Positions 25,819 through 30,007 of a DNA stretch of 30,007 nt are shown here, one piece after another (the first letter of the stretch is position 1; each line of letters starts with the position of its first letter). The position numbers were made by a program, and so were the translations under genes. Location of the stretch: positions 1 through 30,007 of the IMG/VR virus record IMGVR_UViG_3300020414_002119; one strand, 5' to 3'. The notes beneath the pieces were generated by a model. That model did not search any database. It saw only the letters and a program-made list of their open reading frames with translations, and was not told the origin of the DNA. Source of the stretch: a virus (lineage: Duplodnaviria; Caudoviricetes).

Positions 25819-26364
25819 ATGTCTAATTCCAAACGCCAACGCGCAGAAGCTGCAGAACCAAACCGGTTTAAGGAAGCTAAGCAAATGTCCGTCATGCCTG
25901 GCGGTCCTATGAACAACACTCCTCAGAACGTTGCTTCTATTGGAGAACAGCGGATGACGCTTGATGGGTCTCCTCCGATGTACCCCTATCAAGACTCGGC
26001 AATGGATGCAAATGATTTCAGAATTCGTGCACCTATTCCTAACGAAAATAGTGGTATGCCTCAGTTCATGGCAATGGGAACTGGATTGAATCAAAACCCT
26101 TATGGAATGCAGGCCCAGCCAGATCCAATTGCTCAAAGCAATATGGATGGTTCCTACTTAGGCACACAAGCACAAAACAGAGGTTTGTATGCATCAATGA
26201 TGGGACCAACTGGGATGCCTGCTCAGCCAGCCCCTGGAGGTGAAATGCCTCAGCCTCAGCAAAGTGCTCAGGCATTGCCCCTACAAGGTACGCAGAGCGC
26301 TGAAATTCAGCCTAAATCCAAAGGCACAGACATGAAGTCTGGAAGCCGCACTAAAACTGCTTAA
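25819..26364 (+). CDS. Hypothetical M/P/Q/G-rich, probably disordered protein, ~181 aa
   Basis: Track ORF 25807-26364; first ATG at 25819. Confidence 0.7.
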   Translation: MSNSKRQRAEAAEPNRFKEAKQMSVMPGGPMNNTPQNVASIGEQRMTLDGSPPMYPYQDSAMDANDFRIRAPIPNENSGMPQFMAMGTGLNQNPYGMQAQPDPIAQSNMDGSYLGTQAQNRGLYASMMGPTGMPAQPAPGGEMPQPQQSAQALPLQGTQSAEIQPKSKGTDMKSGSRTKTA

Positions 26365-26372
26365 TCAATATC

Positions 26373-26846
26373 ATGGCATCAACTTCAACTAACAAGCAAC
26401 CACTGCTCGTTGATCATATTTTTCATTATTTGATCGACACCAATAACACGGTTGTATCAGCACTTGATGTTGGCGGTACCAACTCAGCTGCTGTTGTTCT
26501 CGATTCAACAACTGCTGATGGTGCAATTGTCGAAGCAATTTACGTTATCTCAAGAGGTACTACAGCTCACACTTGTAACTTCTACCTTTCGACTGCTGCA
26601 GACTTCTTGCGGCCAACACAGGGATTGTTCTTAGGAAGCATCACCTCTGGAACATCAGCAAAAGCAAGAACGAACTATGACGCATTCCCCAAGGTTCTAG
26701 CTCCCCTTGCAGCTACAGGATCGGAGCCCCAAGTAGGTGCTTTGTACATTCCTAAGGGATATGCATTGTGGGTCGCCAGAGAAAATGCAAATGCCGCAGC
26801 TATTTCGGACGGTCCAATTTTCGGTGTTCAGGGTGGTTGGTATTAA
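26373..26846 (+). CDS. Hypothetical beta-rich structural protein, 157 aa
   Basis: T/A/S/V-rich ORF in the structural module. Confidence 0.75.
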   Translation: MASTSTNKQPLLVDHIFHYLIDTNNTVVSALDVGGTNSAAVVLDSTTADGAIVEAIYVISRGTTAHTCNFYLSTAADFLRPTQGLFLGSITSGTSAKARTNYDAFPKVLAPLAATGSEPQVGALYIPKGYALWVARENANAAAISDGPIFGVQGGWY

Positions 26847-28639
26847 TGGCTAAAAAGCAAAATGGCTTTGGAAACCCTAAGTCGTTAGCTTTTAACAAAG
26901 TCAATACAACAATCACACGAGGAAAACATAAAAAAGCTGCCGGTTACTATCCGAGTGACCGGAGCTTCGGTAGCTCTGTACATCGTTCTGTCATTGAGCA
27001 ATATGATATTGCAAGTGACTGGGTTAAATGGCGCAAAGGATTTGAGTATTACAATAAAGCTGCTTGGTATGAGTTAGAAGAATACAATCCAATAACGAAA
27101 GAGCATACGCCACAAAAGATTGACTCTAAGCTTTATCAGGGCACTCCATATGAAGTTGATGTGGAGTTTACTGGATATCGTTTTGCAACACAGAATGCTG
27201 ACAGCAGCAATCACTATGTGATGAAACGGACGCCTAAGTCCCAACCAAATATCGGCAACATAACATCAGTCCAAAATGATGATCTTGTATACGTTACAAA
27301 TAAATCGTACAAGGAAATCTGGTGCCAAATAAATACAGCAAGCGATCATCGTTTGCTATATCAGATGCTTGGGGAAAGACTGACAGATGGTACGACAACT
27401 GCAACATTGAAAAACGTATTAACTAGCTCAGGAAGGCCTGGCATATATAAGGGGAAAAGTTCTATTGTTGATGGAACCATAATCACGGCATCTGTACCAC
27501 TTGCTTCTGTTCTTTCAAGTCCTTATATACAGGAACGTAACGGAGATGTGCAAGCACTGGTTGGCAAGATTGCATACACGCCAGACTTCTACGTAGATAA
27601 ACTAATCAGCGCAGTTGGAACCAAAACGTTTGTTGATGACAATGAATTTTTCTATGTAAATGTTGAAGACACAAATATTGGAGTAGACTTGCAGATCCTT
27701 GATGTCACAACTGAGCTCCCGCCATCTCTTTACGACATAAGCAGTCTGACAGCTATATACCAGACATCAGCTGCAGATGTTGCGATTAAAAGCAATTACA
27801 AATATCAAAAGGATAGTTATCAGAGATTCTTTGGAAAGCAGTATATGACTGCGGATGTAGTAGAGAGCGAGGTTAGCCGTGTTAATTACAGCGTACTGCC
27901 ATATCTGATCAACTCGGTTCGGATTGATGGAGCTACTTTGTTCATTGAATCGACGTCTTTTGAGTCAGAATTTAAGCTTCATGCCGACATTGAAACAGGT
28001 ATTCTAGTTTTCGCGGACAATAGCTTTACTCGACAAGAAGTCGACTTGGTCAATGGGGAGTACTTCCACACACTTGGTGATCCGAATGAACCGCTATGGC
28101 AACGGCTCATCACAGATATCAATCCATGGATGGATGAGGTCTTCGCAACAACTAACGGACTACAGCCTGCCGTAACGTATGCGTGTAGTTGCCCTAATTT
28201 TTCAAGTGCACAACTAAGGATGCCGCAGTCATCGCAGAGTGACAGCGAACGTATGAATAACAGACAGGAGCGTTATCCATTACCTACAGCTCTTGGTCCA
28301 TCAACGTACGATAAGCAGGGTCAGGTTGGTGCTGCAGGTTATATCCAAAGCTGGGAGCGTGAGGAGAGGCGATTGGGCTTCAAAATGTGCAAACATACAA
28401 TTGCCGCCATGTTTATTGATGAATTAAAAGTGCAAGAGCCTAATACATATCCAAGTTACGAATCAAGATTAAAGTTTGAGGAGAAACTGGAAAAGGAAAT
28501 TGAGGAGGTTGGGAATAGGTTTGTCGATTCATACAAGAGAAGTGGCATCACAACATTGGAAATCATTTTTGCACTGGCGCAAGGACTAAACCTTGATGAC
28601 ATCGAAATCGCAATGGTATTACTGGGAAGTTCATATTAA
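26846..28639 (+). CDS. Large hypothetical protein, 597 aa, with a split SWIM-like zinc-finger motif
   Basis: TAATG coupling gives the start at 26846 (track start 26768); YACSCPNF ... KMCKHTIAAM. Confidence 0.8.
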   Translation: MAKKQNGFGNPKSLAFNKVNTTITRGKHKKAAGYYPSDRSFGSSVHRSVIEQYDIASDWVKWRKGFEYYNKAAWYELEEYNPITKEHTPQKIDSKLYQGTPYEVDVEFTGYRFATQNADSSNHYVMKRTPKSQPNIGNITSVQNDDLVYVTNKSYKEIWCQINTASDHRLLYQMLGERLTDGTTTATLKNVLTSSGRPGIYKGKSSIVDGTIITASVPLASVLSSPYIQERNGDVQALVGKIAYTPDFYVDKLISAVGTKTFVDDNEFFYVNVEDTNIGVDLQILDVTTELPPSLYDISSLTAIYQTSAADVAIKSNYKYQKDSYQRFFGKQYMTADVVESEVSRVNYSVLPYLINSVRIDGATLFIESTSFESEFKLHADIETGILVFADNSFTRQEVDLVNGEYFHTLGDPNEPLWQRLITDINPWMDEVFATTNGLQPAVTYACSCPNFSSAQLRMPQSSQSDSERMNNRQERYPLPTALGPSTYDKQGQVGAAGYIQSWEREERRLGFKMCKHTIAAMFIDELKVQEPNTYPSYESRLKFEEKLEKEIEEVGNRFVDSYKRSGITTLEIIFALAQGLNLDDIEIAMVLLGSSY

Positions 28640-28644
28640 ATAGA

Positions 28645-28652
28645 TACAATAG
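28645..28652 (+). promoter_or_regulatory. Putative promoter box TACAATAG
   Basis: 35 nt before the GTG at 28680. Confidence 0.6.
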
Positions 28653-28679
28653 ACATATCAAGTAGCGACATGGAAAATT

Positions 28680-30007
28680 GTGACTTATAATCCTCAGTCT
28701 GGAACAAATTGGCCTGCGGGTTTAGATACTGGAACGAGCTTTGCAGGTATCATTGCTGCTTTTAATGATATTCGCGTTCAAAGAGGTCAGGTTCCAAAAG
28801 AATATCAAGACAACTTTGCGGGAATTATTGCTGGCATTCAAGATCTGCTTGACCTGGGAAACGTCACATTGAGTGAGTTTCCACCAAACTGGGACTTGAC
28901 TTACGACAATGGCAATAATATTACTGGTGGCGGTTTTACATATACACCACCAAATGGGCATCTTTGGTTCGATACTCGTACCGGTCGGCTCATGGTATGG
29001 GATACCGATGCTTATTACCAAACCAATGGAGCTGATGGTCTAACAGCTGTTGGAAGCAACCAGCCGACGCGTGAAGTAGAAGGTGCTCTTTGGTTCAATA
29101 ATCAAAACCTGAATCTATACATTTACTACTCTGGAACATGGAACCTTGCAATTGCAACTAACGCAGTTTCATTGCCCGCACTCACATTAAGTGCAGCCAC
29201 GCAAACTTATTATGGAACGGTGAATCCGTTGCTAGTAAATGTTTCACAGTTTGCTCCAGCAACAGCTTCTGATCGAAACCAATCAGTCTTGAATCGATGG
29301 ATCATTCAAGCTGTGAGGGAATTGGATGCAGCAATTGAAACCAATGAGGCAGCAGCAATTGCACCAGCAGCTGCTTCTGCACCGACAACGTCATTGCAAG
29401 AAGGAGACCTGTACTTCAATACAGGAGATCTGAATCTGTATGTCTATAACACGATCAGCGGAACTGCAGCATGGCGTCACGCCATCAACCCAACCAACTT
29501 CTCTGATGATCGACTCAAGGCTAAGGATGGTGTACTGACTGAGACGCTAGATAAACTTGGCTCGATCAACGCTTTCTATTATTACGAGAACGATTTAGCT
29601 AAGGAGCTTGGTTTCCGAAATGGAGATCGACAGTTGGGTCTTTCAGCACAGGAGTTGAAGGAAGTACTCCCTGAAGTAGTCAGCATTGCGGCATTCGATA
29701 GGGAATTAGATCCAGAGACAGGTAAGTTTAAATCCAGGTCATCGAAGAACTACTTGACAGTTGATTATGAAAAGCTGTCAGCATTTACATTACAAGCCAT
29801 TAAAGAGTTGGCTGACAAAGTTGATCACAAAGCAAGTCAGGTAGATCTGGATATCTTTAGCCAGGATCTACTGTCAAAAACAAATGAAGCAAATGCACAG
29901 ACTAATCGACAAGTAAATGAGCTTGCTGCTTATATTGGGGATGTTGATGACTATGCCAAAAAGGCTGATCTGAGTGAGGCTAACGATGCAATCAAAACTC
30001 TTCAAGA
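28680..30007 (+). CDS. Tail fibre/spike-like protein with an internal peptidase S74-type chaperone domain (3' partial; not in the ORF track)
   Basis: Open from GTG 28680 to the window end (MTYNPQSGTNWPAG...). Three G[HAD]L[WY]F[DN] fibre-like repeats; FSDDRLK at about 29500, LGLSAQELKEVLPEVV, YLTVDYEKL. Confidence 0.85.
   Translation, partial: MTYNPQSGTNWPAGLDTGTSFAGIIAAFNDIRVQRGQVPKEYQDNFAGIIAGIQDLLDLGNVTLSEFPPNWDLTYDNGNNITGGGFTYTPPNGHLWFDTRTGRLMVWDTDAYYQTNGADGLTAVGSNQPTREVEGALWFNNQNLNLYIYYSGTWNLAIATNAVSLPALTLSAATQTYYGTVNPLLVNVSQFAPATASDRNQSVLNRWIIQAVRELDAAIETNEAAAIAPAAASAPTTSLQEGDLYFNTGDLNLYVYNTISGTAAWRHAINPTNFSDDRLKAKDGVLTETLDKLGSINAFYYYENDLAKELGFRNGDRQLGLSAQELKEVLPEVVSIAAFDRELDPETGKFKSRSSKNYLTVDYEKLSAFTLQAIKELADKVDHKASQVDLDIFSQDLLSKTNEANAQTNRQVNELAAYIGDVDDYAKKADLSEANDAIKTLQ

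Noticed and set aside
28670-28690. ATG at 28670 as the start of the last gene
   Set aside because: That frame closes after 6 codons; the long frame opens at GTG 28680.

Overview
Bacteriophage DNA, most likely from a cyanophage given the cyanobacterial-type sigma-70. A short leftward cluster of small genes with repeated upstream elements (1-880) and an ~800-nt non-coding stretch precede a rightward virion morphogenesis region. That region holds putative internal/ejection proteins, a lambda-R-like muramidase on the opposite strand, terminase large subunit, a portal overlapped by a scaffold-like gene, a phage sigma factor, a NUMOD4/HNH gene, the major capsid gene, head-completion genes and a tail-fibre-like gene running off the right edge. 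The main result is that the capsid gene (20611-23274), which the ORF track shows only as fragments, is split into 7 exons by six related, ORF-less group I introns. Removing them restores a continuous 382-aa frame, and each intron has a P1 U.G pair, P3/P4/P7 pairings and a terminal G. Divergently upstream is an HNH gene whose catalytic residues appear lost, a candidate trans-acting splicing or regulatory factor. No database searches were run; family calls rest on motif recognition.
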